Origin: a virus
Lineage: Duplodnaviria > Caudoviricetes
IMG/VR virus record: IMGVR_UViG_2634166338_000002
Length of the DNA: 64,000 nucleotides
Strand: one strand, 5' to 3'
Shown here: positions 1-8,596 of the stretch, in pieces
Layout of the letters: every line of letters begins with the position of its first letter
Position numbering within the stretch: the stretch's first letter is position 1
Position numbers and translations under genes: made by a program
The notes under the pieces: model-generated
The model's input: the letters and a program-made list of their open reading frames with translations, nothing else
The model's database searches: none
Told to the model about the DNA's origin: nothing

Positions 1-375
1 CCACATGCCGTTCGTGTCGTCCCAGTCGCTGGCGCCACCGATACCGGGCACCAGGTGTGAGCGGTAGGCGGCTTCGGCTCGGTGCCCGCCGGCCCGAGCC
101 CGCTCGCGGATGTCGTAGTGGGCGGGGATGTCGCTGGCCGCGTAGGCGACCATCAGGGTCGTGACCGTGTCGTACATCCACGTGCCGGTCGGGAACTCGC
201 AGGACTCCCCGTAGGCGTAGCCGCCGCGCTGTTCGCGCCATCCGGCTCTGATCTCGCGGGCCATCCGGCGGGTGATCTCGTCGGGCAGAACGAGCACCTC
301 AAGGCCGAGCCAGTCGGTGGCGAAGCGGATTTGGTTGACGGTCAGCGTCGATACGGCCGCAGCGGTGTTCGGCAT
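1..375 (-). CDS. Hypothetical protein (runs off window), paralog of 479-934
   Basis: Not in the ORF track; translated by hand from ATG at 375: MPNTAAAVSTLTVNQIRFATDWLGLEVLVLPDEITRRMAREIRAGW...FPTGTWMYDTVTTLM. Purine-rich RBS upstream; aligns with the neighbouring gene. Confidence 0.8.
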   Translation of the reverse strand, partial: MPNTAAAVSTLTVNQIRFATDWLGLEVLVLPDEITRRMAREIRAGWREQRGGYAYGESCEFPTGTWMYDTVTTLMVAYAASDIPAHYDIRERARAGGHRAEAAYRSHLVPGIGGASDWDDTNGMW

Positions 376-478
376 GGGCGGTCGGCTCCTCTCAGGCGAA
401 GGGGTGTGGTGCCGGGAGACGGACCGGCCGCGCCCTCGATGAGGTCGCGGCCGGAGAGCGGGGTGGCGCAGTGGTGGG

Positions 479-934
479 TCAGTCGCCCTTTACGGCGCGC
501 TTGAAGGCGATCGCGTGATCGGGGCAGAGGTGCGGGCCGACGACGTGTAGGTCGGGGTCGACCGGGGCGTCCGGTGTCCGGGTCTGCTCGTTCCAGTCGT
601 CGGCGCTGATGATCGGCGGCCACAGCGTGAGGCCGTGGGCGGCGGAAAACCGGTTCGTCAGGGCGTCCATGTACTGGTCGTGGCCGAGGCCCTCAGGGAT
701 CGGGCAGGCGGCGAGCGCCCACATGATGGTGGTGACGGTCGTGTACGTCCAGGTCCCGGAGGTGAACACCCTCACAGGGCCGGGCAGCGTGCCGAAGTGC
801 GGGGACCAGCCGTCGGTGATCTCGGCGCGGATCCGTGCGGCGACCTCGTCTGGCACGAGTAAGGCCTGGTGGCCGTCACGGTCGTAGGCCACTCGGACCT
901 GGTCGGTGGTGAGCGGGGGCCCGGGTTCGGTCAT
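479..934 (-). CDS. Hypothetical protein, paralog of 1-375
   Basis: ORF 479-997; GGAG RBS before ATG at 934; shares LT.DQ.R...LLVPDE...GW and GTW.Y.TVTT.M with the gene at 1-375. Confidence 0.8.
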   Translation of the reverse strand: MTEPGPPLTTDQVRVAYDRDGHQALLVPDEVAARIRAEITDGWSPHFGTLPGPVRVFTSGTWTYTTVTTIMWALAACPIPEGLGHDQYMDALTNRFSAAHGLTLWPPIISADDWNEQTRTPDAPVDPDLHVVGPHLCPDHAIAFKRAVKGD

Positions 935-971
935 GTGGGGCTCCGTTCTGTGTGGGGGTGGGCTTGGACGG

Positions 972-1006
972 CGACCGGCCGTGACCTCGGTGGTCACGGC
1001 CGGTCG
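972..1006. terminator. Perfect 15-bp stem-loop (terminator or processing site)
   Basis: cgaccggccgtgacc-tcggt-ggtcacggccggtcg, intergenic, no U tract. Confidence 0.5.
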
Positions 1007-1016
1007 GATGGGTCGC

Positions 1017-1292
1017 TCAGGAGGCGGTGGCGACGGTGGCGCTCAGGCGGCCGTTCTCGCTGGTGGCCCAGCTGCCGGTGATCATGTATCCGGCATAGCG
1101 CCGCAGGATGCGCTCGGCCTGGGCCGTGGCGGTCCGCTGCCACAGCCGCAGCATGTGCGGGTCGATCTTGAAGCCGGTGCGGTCGCCGTCAATATCGACG
1201 TGCAGGTACGGGGTGCCGAGGGTGTCGAAGGTGATCTCGGCGGTCGTGGTCTCGGTTGCGGTGGTGGCGGCGGGCAGGGCGGCGATCGACAT
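1017..1292 (-). CDS. Hypothetical protein, family shared with 6618-7205 and 7331-7765
   Basis: GAGAAAGG RBS before ATG at 1292; motif PYLHV...FKID...ILRR..GY..TGSWA. Confidence 0.8.
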   Translation of the reverse strand: MSIAALPAATTATETTTAEITFDTLGTPYLHVDIDGDRTGFKIDPHMLRLWQRTATAQAERILRRYAGYMITGSWATSENGRLSATVATAS

Positions 1293-1389
1293 GGTGATGC
1301 CTTTCTCGTGGGTGTGGTGGGGGTTGCTCCGGCGCTGGTGGGCCGGGGGGCGGGTGACGTGTGGGCCGGGTGCCGTGCAGTGGAAGTAC

Positions 1390-1408
1390 CGTCCGGAACG
1401 TCTGGACA
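1390..1408. promoter_or_regulatory. 19-bp operator-like site, copy 1
   Basis: CGTCCGGAACGTCTGGACA; recurs at 7887, 8291 and 9446. Confidence 0.65.
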
Positions 1409-1556
1409 AATCTAGAGCGAGGTGATGTCCCGGATCAATTTCCGCAGCTCAGAAGGGCTCTCTCGTGTTGCGCATGCGACGTGCGCATACGTGTTGTGCG
1501 CCAGTGAGCGACCGTGGGCGCATGCGTGAGTGGCATGTGCGCGCCACCCACGCCTG

Positions 1557-3449
1557 TCAGATCTGGAGTTCCTTGATCACGGCCGACCACAGCAGCGCGG
1601 GATCCGTGTCGTCGTCCGCGTCCGCATTTCCCGCATCCGTGCTGCTCGCGTCCGGGTGCTGCGCGACCTGCTCGCGCTGGCGGCGGACGAAGCTGTACAG
1701 CCCGTCCCAACCGTCGTGGCCGGGCACGACGTGGCGGGGGTGGTAGTTGTCGCCCGCGTCGATCAACCGAGCGGCTAGGGCGTAGTCACCGGCGGTCACG
1801 GCCTGTAAGACTCGCTCGACCACCGCGTCGGCAGCGGCCGCCCGGTCGAACGCCGCGTCGGGCTCGGGCACGAACCCAGGGTGGTCGATCGGGTTGCACT
1901 CGATGTCTACGCACTTCACGGTGTGCGCGCACACCGCGCAGCAGCCGATCCGGTCCGCCTCCTGTTTCAGCTGCACCCAGGGGCAGGTGAACAGGTGGAA
2001 GCACACCGGGCAGGTCACCCGTGCTGGTTCGAGCCCGTACACGTGGGACGAGGTGTCACCGTCGGGCAGGTCGATCCGGCCACACCAGCACGGGTTGGCG
2101 ATGCCCTGCCGCCCGTTGCCGTGGTCGACCAACCTCACCGTCTCCGCCCGGACATGTCTGCGGCCCTGCGGCGCCGCATGATCAATCAGCGCCAGAGTAG
2201 GCGCGACCGTCTCGGAAGAGGACCCGTCGTGGAGCGCGATCACGTGAGACGGGCCGGGGCAGGTGTCGGGCTCCTCCATGGCCTCCCATTCGTCGCGCGC
2301 CTTCCCGCACAGCGGGCAGAACGGCAGCATGACGTAGCGGCCCCAGTAGTGGCCGCCTGTTCCTGCCTGCGGCCCGAATGCTTCCTGCTGGCATTCGGTG
2401 CACGCGGCCGGGTGCCCGTCGTGACCTTGCTCGCTGTGCCGGTAGGCGGCCACCTGCCTGCGGTAGTCGTACCGACGCCCGTAGCGCGCCCGCGTGTCGT
2501 TCCCGGCCAGGGCGAAACCGCCGTAGGCCGCCGTCCACCATCCGCCCCGACCGTCCGGCCGGTCGAGGAACCGGCTGTTGCCGTCCACGTCGACCACTCG
2601 CAGCGTGGACCCGTCGTTGGTGGACGCCTCGTTGACCTCGACGAGGCCGAATTGCACGTGCTTGACGTTGAACCCGATCGGCGGATGCTTCAACTGCCAC
2701 CAGCCGTTCGCGGCCGGCGCCGCGAGTGTCTGCTCGTCGACGAGGCGCTCGACGGCCTTGATGATCGCCTCGGCGATCTGGTGCTCCCGGGCGTAGCGCT
2801 GCTCCAGAACGCAGGTGTCGCCGACGTAGACGACCGTGTAGGTATCCTGGCATTCCAGCCGTGACGCCCGTGACTCGTACGTCAGCACCCGCACCGGCAG
2901 GATGCCCACGGTGAATCCGATCCCGTCAACGCGGCGCACCGGCGCGCTCGACCAGCCGTTTTCCGCTACCCGGCCCTCCACGACCGGCAGCCCGCTGCCC
3001 CGGCTGACCCGTTCCATCACCTCGCGGGCGTGACTGACCACCCCGTTCTCGGCGGGGTGCTTCTCCGCCGGGACCGATACGACGTGGCGGTCCAACGGGG
3101 TGGTCACCGGCGGGCGGCCCTCGCAGCTCACCAGTTCACATGCCGGGTCGCCGGCGAGGTGCGTGCACCCCTGCGGCTTCGGCGGGATGGTCACCCACGC
3201 CTGGCTCGGCACGTGCCGGACCGGCGAGTGCTTCGGACCTTGCCGGTGTTCCACTGCGGTCTCGTCCACGCCGAAATACGCAGCGATCGCCCGCGTCAGC
3301 GCGCCGGTGTCGGCCCTGCCGCCCACCAGCGGCACTCTCACGTCCGCGACCGCCTGGCCACGGTCCCACGCCTGCCAGCGCACGCTACTGCGGTTGCGGG
3401 TCTCGTCGATCCCGACCTTGACCTGCACCTGTTCCTGCTCCTTCATCAT
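1557..3449 (-). CDS. 630-aa Cys-rich multi-module hypothetical protein
   Basis: Long ORF with GAAGGA RBS and several CxxC motifs; C-terminal GDYxxAxxLIDxG...H...GW module shared with the DnaN fusion. Confidence 0.85.
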   Translation of the reverse strand: MMKEQEQVQVKVGIDETRNRSSVRWQAWDRGQAVADVRVPLVGGRADTGALTRAIAAYFGVDETAVEHRQGPKHSPVRHVPSQAWVTIPPKPQGCTHLAGDPACELVSCEGRPPVTTPLDRHVVSVPAEKHPAENGVVSHAREVMERVSRGSGLPVVEGRVAENGWSSAPVRRVDGIGFTVGILPVRVLTYESRASRLECQDTYTVVYVGDTCVLEQRYAREHQIAEAIIKAVERLVDEQTLAAPAANGWWQLKHPPIGFNVKHVQFGLVEVNEASTNDGSTLRVVDVDGNSRFLDRPDGRGGWWTAAYGGFALAGNDTRARYGRRYDYRRQVAAYRHSEQGHDGHPAACTECQQEAFGPQAGTGGHYWGRYVMLPFCPLCGKARDEWEAMEEPDTCPGPSHVIALHDGSSSETVAPTLALIDHAAPQGRRHVRAETVRLVDHGNGRQGIANPCWCGRIDLPDGDTSSHVYGLEPARVTCPVCFHLFTCPWVQLKQEADRIGCCAVCAHTVKCVDIECNPIDHPGFVPEPDAAFDRAAAADAVVERVLQAVTAGDYALAARLIDAGDNYHPRHVVPGHDGWDGLYSFVRRQREQVAQHPDASSTDAGNADADDDTDPALLWSAVIKELQI

Positions 3450-3544
3450 CGGTCCTTCGCTCGCTCGTGGGTGCTAGGCGGGAGGCCGGGTCGTGACGCG
3501 CCCACCGGGGACGCGACACGACCCGGCCGTGGCAGTGGTGCAGG

Positions 3545-6484
3545 TCAGCCGACGCGGGCCGGAACCACGTCCGGCAGGGCCGTGAGGACGGCCCGGTCGA
3601 CGGTCGCGTTGGCCGCCGTCAGGGCTCCGGCGGTCGCGAACCGGATGCGCAGCCGGTACGGCCGCTCCGCCTTCTCCACCTCGACGCTCGGCATGGCCGC
3701 GATCACGCCGTCCCGCTTGGCGTCGACCAGCCGGTCGAGCACGTCTTTGCGCAGCGCCCTCAACCGGGTTCCGGCCGGAAGCAGCCACACTCGCTCTCCG
3801 CCGGTGGTGCTCGGAGCCGTCATCCCGAACTTCGTCCAGTTCGACGTGCCAGTGGCGGCCGCAGCCGTCCGGGCCGGGGCCGGGCTGGGCACCGCAGCGG
3901 CTGCACGGCGCGGCGCGGGAACGGTGCGCTGCGGCTGCTCCGGCTTAGCGGCCGCCGGGCGGGGTGCCGTCTGCCGCGGCATCGGCGCGGCCGCCGCGGT
4001 AGGTGCTGCCGCCATCGCGGCGGCCACCGCCGCCTCGATCACCTCTTCCGGGTGCCCGGCCAGAGCCTCCCGCAGCCGCTGCGCCACCGGGTTGCCCTCG
4101 ATCGGGGCCGCCTCCTGCTCACGCTCAGCCACCGTCTCCGGCCCGGTCTCCGCGCTGCCGTGCGTAAGCTCGTCGGCGGCGTCCGTCTCCTCGGTGTCGG
4201 CCACCGCCTCGGCGGCGATGTCCGCGAGCGCCTGCTTCTCGGTGTCGGCCGCGATCTCCGCCTCGACCTGCTTCGCCAGGATCGCCTCCTGGATCGTCTC
4301 CCACCCGTAGGTGAGGCCGCCGCCACGGAAGAGGTGGGCGGGGGCGTTCTGCATGCCCAGGTCGATGAGTTCGAGCGCTCCATCGAAGTCGCCCATGCTC
4401 AGCCGGTTGAACGCCTGCAACGACGTCGCCTTCGGGTCGAACTTCGGCTCACCGCCCACGATCACCGGCGCCTGCTCCTGTGCCTTCACCTGCTCGCCTC
4501 CCACCTCGTTCACGGCCGCCGCACCCTGCGGCGGCCACACGCCCTGTGCCGTGTGCGCCGGAATGGACGCCGCGAGAGCGCACAGCTTCATCCGCTCGGC
4601 CTCCTCCGCGCTTCGCACGGCCACGTACATCCGCTTGCCGTCGGGGGTGTCGGCGACCAGCACGCCCGTGGTCGTGTCCTCGCCGAAGACCCGGACCGCC
4701 GTCATTCCCGCTTGCACGGTCGCCTCCGTGACCATCTGCCCGCCGCTGCGGGCGGTCAGCTGAAGGACCGCCATCCACACCGGCCCGGCAGCCAACGCCG
4801 TCTGCTTGGTCTCCTTCGCCGCTGCGGCCCGGCCGCCGTGCACCTTGGCGTTGCGGGTGGTCCCGCAGACACACTTCGTGAACGGGTTGGTCTTCCTGCC
4901 GTCATCGACCGCCCGTTGGAACGGGTGCGGGGTGGTCCGGTCCGGCGCCGCCGCGCTCGGCTTCGGCACGGCGGCGCCCTGCCCGCTGATGTCCGGCTGC
5001 CCGGCCGGTTTCGCCTGCGGCCCGTCGCCCAGCATGGCGGCGCTCTCCTGAGACGCGGAGGCGTCATCGGTCGGCTCGGCCGCCGCCCCCGCCGCGTCTG
5101 CCTCGGCCGTCTCCGGGCCAGTGGTCAGCGCGGGCGGGATCGCGATGCTGTCCTTGGTCTCGCCGATCCGGATGGGCATCTGGAGGTTCGTCACGCCCGG
5201 CAGCGGCTGCCCGTCGCGGTCCAGTGGCACGGCTACGAACGGCTTGTACGGGTCGACGAACCGCAGGCGCACCCGCTTCGACCCGGCGGTCTTGAGCGTG
5301 TCGGCCAGGTAGTCGGGGTTCGCGCCGACGACCATGCCCGCGCCCACCCTCGCCAGCGCATCCGCCGTCTGCTGCCCGGCTTCTGCGACCTTCCGGTCGC
5401 GCACCTCCTTGGGGTCGCGGGAGTGCCTCTTGCGCGCCTGCTTCTCGGCCTCTTTGACCGCTGCCTTCACGGCCGCAGCAGTTTCCTTCGGTGTGCCCGT
5501 GACGAACGTGAAGTCGGAGAACGTCTCGCTCGCGGCCCCGTCCTCGTCGGTGCCGCCACCGACGGTGAATGTGTCCGGCCCGAACTCCATCAGCACCGGC
5601 AGCGCCCGGGTGAGAGCGACCTGCACCCGCTCGATGGTGCTGATGAGCGAGGCCACGTCCACGTCGACGTCGAGGACGAACGCTTTCGGCACCAGCGACG
5701 CCACCGGCGGGTAGGTGCCCCCGTCGAGCGTGCGTGTCACCACTCGCATGGTCGCGTTCTCGATGCCGAACCAGCCCGCACCGGGGCCCTTGGGGTCGTA
5801 CCCGAGCGTGACGTTGGGGCTCTGGCCGATCGTCTTGGTGACCTCCGTGAGCAGCTTCGCAGGCACCAGGGCGGTGAACTTGTCGACGTCGTTGGCCCAG
5901 TCGAGGTCCCGTACGGTCACCCGGTAACGGTCGGTGGCGACCAGGTGCAGGGTCGTGCCCTCACCACGCAGGTGGATGCCGGTCAGCGACGGCAGCGTCT
6001 CGTCGGTGCCCGCGAATCTGGTCGCCTGTGCAACCTGGTCGGCCAGCGCCTTGCCGTCGACCAGGCCCATCAGGGGCGGCATGTCCGGCCGGGTCGGGTA
6101 GTCCTCGACCGGCATCGTCGGCAGCGTGTATGTGGTCTTGCCATTGGACAGCCGTGCCTGCACACCCTCGCCGGCGAACGCGATGGGACGGTCCTTGGCG
6201 AGCACCTTCACCCGTGTGAGCAGGTTGGCCGCGCTCACCAGCACCGTGCCGGGCTGCGTGCACGTCGCGCCGGGGAGCGTGACCGTCCGCGACTGGTCGT
6301 AGTCGAACGCCTCGATCGTGACGGTCTCGCCGTCGCTGGTCAGGATCACGCCCGCGAGGACGGGAACCGGCGGCTTCTTCGGGATGGCCCTGCCCACGAA
6401 CGTGAGCGCGGCCAGCAGTTCTGGCTGCGGAACGACGAACGTCAGGTGGCCCTCCACGGGCGCCTGATTGTCGGTGGTGGACAT
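3545..6484 (-). CDS. dnaN: DNA polymerase III beta sliding clamp fused to a C-terminal extension of about 540 aa
   Basis: Beta-clamp motifs: PVPVLAGV, AFDYD, LPTMPVEDYP, LPSLTGI, VATDRYR, YP, NPDYL, MPIR. Confidence 0.92.
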   Translation of the reverse strand: MSTTDNQAPVEGHLTFVVPQPELLAALTFVGRAIPKKPPVPVLAGVILTSDGETVTIEAFDYDQSRTVTLPGATCTQPGTVLVSAANLLTRVKVLAKDRPIAFAGEGVQARLSNGKTTYTLPTMPVEDYPTRPDMPPLMGLVDGKALADQVAQATRFAGTDETLPSLTGIHLRGEGTTLHLVATDRYRVTVRDLDWANDVDKFTALVPAKLLTEVTKTIGQSPNVTLGYDPKGPGAGWFGIENATMRVVTRTLDGGTYPPVASLVPKAFVLDVDVDVASLISTIERVQVALTRALPVLMEFGPDTFTVGGGTDEDGAASETFSDFTFVTGTPKETAAAVKAAVKEAEKQARKRHSRDPKEVRDRKVAEAGQQTADALARVGAGMVVGANPDYLADTLKTAGSKRVRLRFVDPYKPFVAVPLDRDGQPLPGVTNLQMPIRIGETKDSIAIPPALTTGPETAEADAAGAAAEPTDDASASQESAAMLGDGPQAKPAGQPDISGQGAAVPKPSAAAPDRTTPHPFQRAVDDGRKTNPFTKCVCGTTRNAKVHGGRAAAAKETKQTALAAGPVWMAVLQLTARSGGQMVTEATVQAGMTAVRVFGEDTTTGVLVADTPDGKRMYVAVRSAEEAERMKLCALAASIPAHTAQGVWPPQGAAAVNEVGGEQVKAQEQAPVIVGGEPKFDPKATSLQAFNRLSMGDFDGALELIDLGMQNAPAHLFRGGGLTYGWETIQEAILAKQVEAEIAADTEKQALADIAAEAVADTEETDAADELTHGSAETGPETVAEREQEAAPIEGNPVAQRLREALAGHPEEVIEAAVAAAMAAAPTAAAAPMPRQTAPRPAAAKPEQPQRTVPAPRRAAAAVPSPAPARTAAAATGTSNWTKFGMTAPSTTGGERVWLLPAGTRLRALRKDVLDRLVDAKRDGVIAAMPSVEVEKAERPYRLRIRFATAGALTAANATVDRAVLTALPDVVPARVG

Positions 6485-6487
6485 GGT

Positions 6488-6620
6488 TGGGGAACCTCCA
6501 GATGGGTTGCGCCCGGCCGTGCCTGACCGGGCGGAACGGGATGTCGAGCGGGTTGGCCCGGCACCACTCGACGACCACCGGCCCGCACACGGGCCGGTTG
6601 TCGCCGGGCAGCGCCGGTCA
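6488..6620 (-). repeat. Intergenic leader repeat copy 1 (stop codon, two hairpins, RBS)
   Basis: Near-identical to 7205-7333; partial copy at 7765-7820. Confidence 0.9.
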
Positions 6621-7205
6621 GTGGTGTCGGGCGTGCAGGACCAGTTGCCGGTCGGGCAGGGCCAGCACCTTCGCGAAGTCGCAGGTGGGTGTGCCTTTCA
6701 CACGGATGCCCGAGCAGCCGTGGTGGCGACAGGCGTACGAGGTGAACTGGCAGTCGCAGCTGCGGTTCACGCACGTCTCGCAGCGGCCTGCCATCGCTCG
6801 AATCGCGGCCGTGTAGGTGCCCAGGCCGGGCGCGGGCAGCCATTCGCCGTCGAGGGCGAAGCCGCAGTGCCGTGCCAGGTCGACCTCGGCGCGGGTGAAG
6901 ACGTCCGTCATGTCGAAGCGCCCACGCCTGCGGATGACCGCGTTCATGTCGATGCGCCGCCGGTCGATCGCGTCGCCGCTGCCGATCTCCAGACTGGGTT
7001 CGATGCGGCCGCCGGTGCGCCGACGAAGCAGACGGGCGGCCCTGCGGGCGGCGGCGGGCAGCAGCGTCCCCGGCCGTTGCGATTCGGCGACCAGACGGGC
7101 CAGGTCGACTCGCACTCGCCACGTGAAAGAGCCGATCTCCAGGTGCAGGAGATCCAGGGTGCCCGTGTCGAGGAGGGCGTACATCTGCTCGGGTGTGTCG
7201 TTCAT
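6618..7205 (-). CDS. Hypothetical protein with C-terminal Cys cluster
   Basis: GGAGG RBS, ATG at 7205; GRCETCV..C.C...C.H.GC motif shared with 7331-7765. Confidence 0.8.
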   Translation of the reverse strand: MNDTPEQMYALLDTGTLDLLHLEIGSFTWRVRVDLARLVAESQRPGTLLPAAARRAARLLRRRTGGRIEPSLEIGSGDAIDRRRIDMNAVIRRRGRFDMTDVFTRAEVDLARHCGFALDGEWLPAPGLGTYTAAIRAMAGRCETCVNRSCDCQFTSYACRHHGCSGIRVKGTPTCDFAKVLALPDRQLVLHARHH

Positions 7206-7333
7206 GGGGAACCTCCAGATGCTCACGCCCGGCCGTGCCTGGCTGGGCGGAACGGGATACCGAACGGCTGTCCGGCACCACTCGACGACCGCCGGCCCGT
7301 GCGGGGCCGGTTGTCGCCGGGCAGCGCCGGTCA
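7205..7333 (-). repeat. Intergenic leader repeat copy 2
   Basis: Direct repeat of 6488-6620. Confidence 0.9.
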
Positions 7334-7765
7334 GCGGCGACTCCGGTTTCGCGGGATCGCGGTGAGCACCGCGACGCCGGGGCAGGTGTTCGCTCGGTCC
7401 GGGGTCCGCTGGCCCCGACATCCGAGGTGCTCGCAGCCGTCGCTTCCGGCCCGGCATTCGCAGCGGGACACACACGTCTCGCAGCGGCCCGGCATCTCCG
7501 CGATCGGGACCGTGAATGCGTTCCGGTCCGTGCTCGTCCGCGCCCAGCTGCCGGTCGGCGCGTAGCCGGTCTTGCGGCGCAGCAGCCGGACCGCCTCGGT
7601 GGCGACCGCGCTCACCAGCGAGCCCCGGCTGCGGGTGATCACGCGGGCGAGGTCGACGCGGAACTGCACGGTGGCGAAGCCGACGGTCACGTGCAGGCAC
7701 GGGTCGGTGTGTGGGTTGGTCAGGGTGGCCGTCCAGGCGTGGGCGGACACGGTGGCGCTGATCAT
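7331..7765 (-). CDS. Hypothetical protein with C-terminal Cys cluster (paralog)
   Basis: AGGAGG RBS, ATG at 7765; FRVDLAR...RLLRRKTGY.PTGSWA...GRCETCV. Confidence 0.8.
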   Translation of the reverse strand: MISATVSAHAWTATLTNPHTDPCLHVTVGFATVQFRVDLARVITRSRGSLVSAVATEAVRLLRRKTGYAPTGSWARTSTDRNAFTVPIAEMPGRCETCVSRCECRAGSDGCEHLGCRGQRTPDRANTCPGVAVLTAIPRNRSRR

Positions 7766-7886
7766 GGGGAACCTCCTGATGATGTGGCGACGCCCCTCAG
7801 CCGTGCCTGGCCGAGGGGCGATTCGTGCGGGTGGGTGAGAGTCGGAAACCGTCACGCGCCTGCCGCGTGAGTTCCGCTCGGCTCTC

Positions 7887-7948
7887 TGTCCGGAACGTCT
7901 GGACAAGAGCAGGGCAGGGATCAAATCACAAAACACCCAACGTGTCAA
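7887..7948 (-). promoter_or_regulatory. Leftward promoter (-35 TTGACA at 7948-7943) with operator copy 2 (7887-7905) downstream
   Basis: TTGACA on the minus strand; TGTCCGGAACGTCTGGACA lies just past the expected +1; -10 element weak. Confidence 0.55.
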
Positions 7949-8235
7949 ATCTAGGTTCCAATCCGCGCATACGCGCGCAACCCGCCCACACGCGCCGCGC
8001 GCGTACATGGGCACGCCGGCGACGCCCTCACGCGCGCCCGCCGCACGCGCACCGCAGTCACGCGCGTGGACGCAAGGGTGCGCGTGGCTGATGACCAGCG
8101 GGTTCCACTCGCGCGCCTAAGCGATGCGCCGCGCGGGCACCAGTGCGACGCGCTCCACGGGCGCGCCCGCGAGCACGGCAGCGCACGCAGGCACCTCGCG
8201 CGAGCGCGCAAGACGCGCCCACCCGAGTGAATGAA

Positions 8236-8489
8236 CGCACCGGCACGCGCGCGCGACCGCCTGAGAGGCTCGGAGACGGCCGTGCACGCCTGTCCGGAAC
8301 GCCTGGACGTCAGGATGCGCGTGCGGCCCCCACGGACGCCCTGAGGCGGTCGCGCACACCTGCCGGGATCGGCCGAGCACACCGGCACGCACGCGACCGC
8401 CCGAGAAGCTCAGGGCAACCGTTCGCGCCTGCCCGGAGCCTGGACGTCAGGATGCGCGTGCGGCCCTCACGGACGCTCTGAGGCAGTCG
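8236..8489. repeat. Two imperfect tandem copies of a unit of about 115 bp in non-coding DNA
   Basis: About 8236-8352 vs 8377-8489: caccggcacgc...cgcgaccgc..gaga...cctggacgtcaggatgcgcgtgcggccc.cacggacgc.ctgaggc. Each copy holds a variant of the 19-bp operator. Confidence 0.85.
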
Positions 8490-8504
8490 TGCCCCACAAT
8501 CGGA

Positions 8505-8544
8505 CACGAAAAAGGGCGTGCCCCCGTACGGGAGCACGCCCTTT
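8505..8544 (-). terminator. Intrinsic terminator after the 8597-9421 gene
   Basis: Stem aaagggcgtg...cacgcccttt followed by a T run on the minus strand. Confidence 0.7.
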
Positions 8545-8596
8545 GCGCGCTTGCGAGTGTGGGGGTACGCGCCGTGACACGTACCCCGATCGGCCG

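Noticed and set aside
4052-6526. Long antisense or alternate-frame ORFs (824 aa here; also 37404-40226, 49227-51164, 51738-54212)
   Set aside because: Shadow frames of real high-GC genes; Arg/Gly/Pro-rich with no motifs.
6488-7333. Leader repeats read as integron attC sites
   Set aside because: No RYYYAAC/GTTRRRY core sites and no integron integrase in the window.
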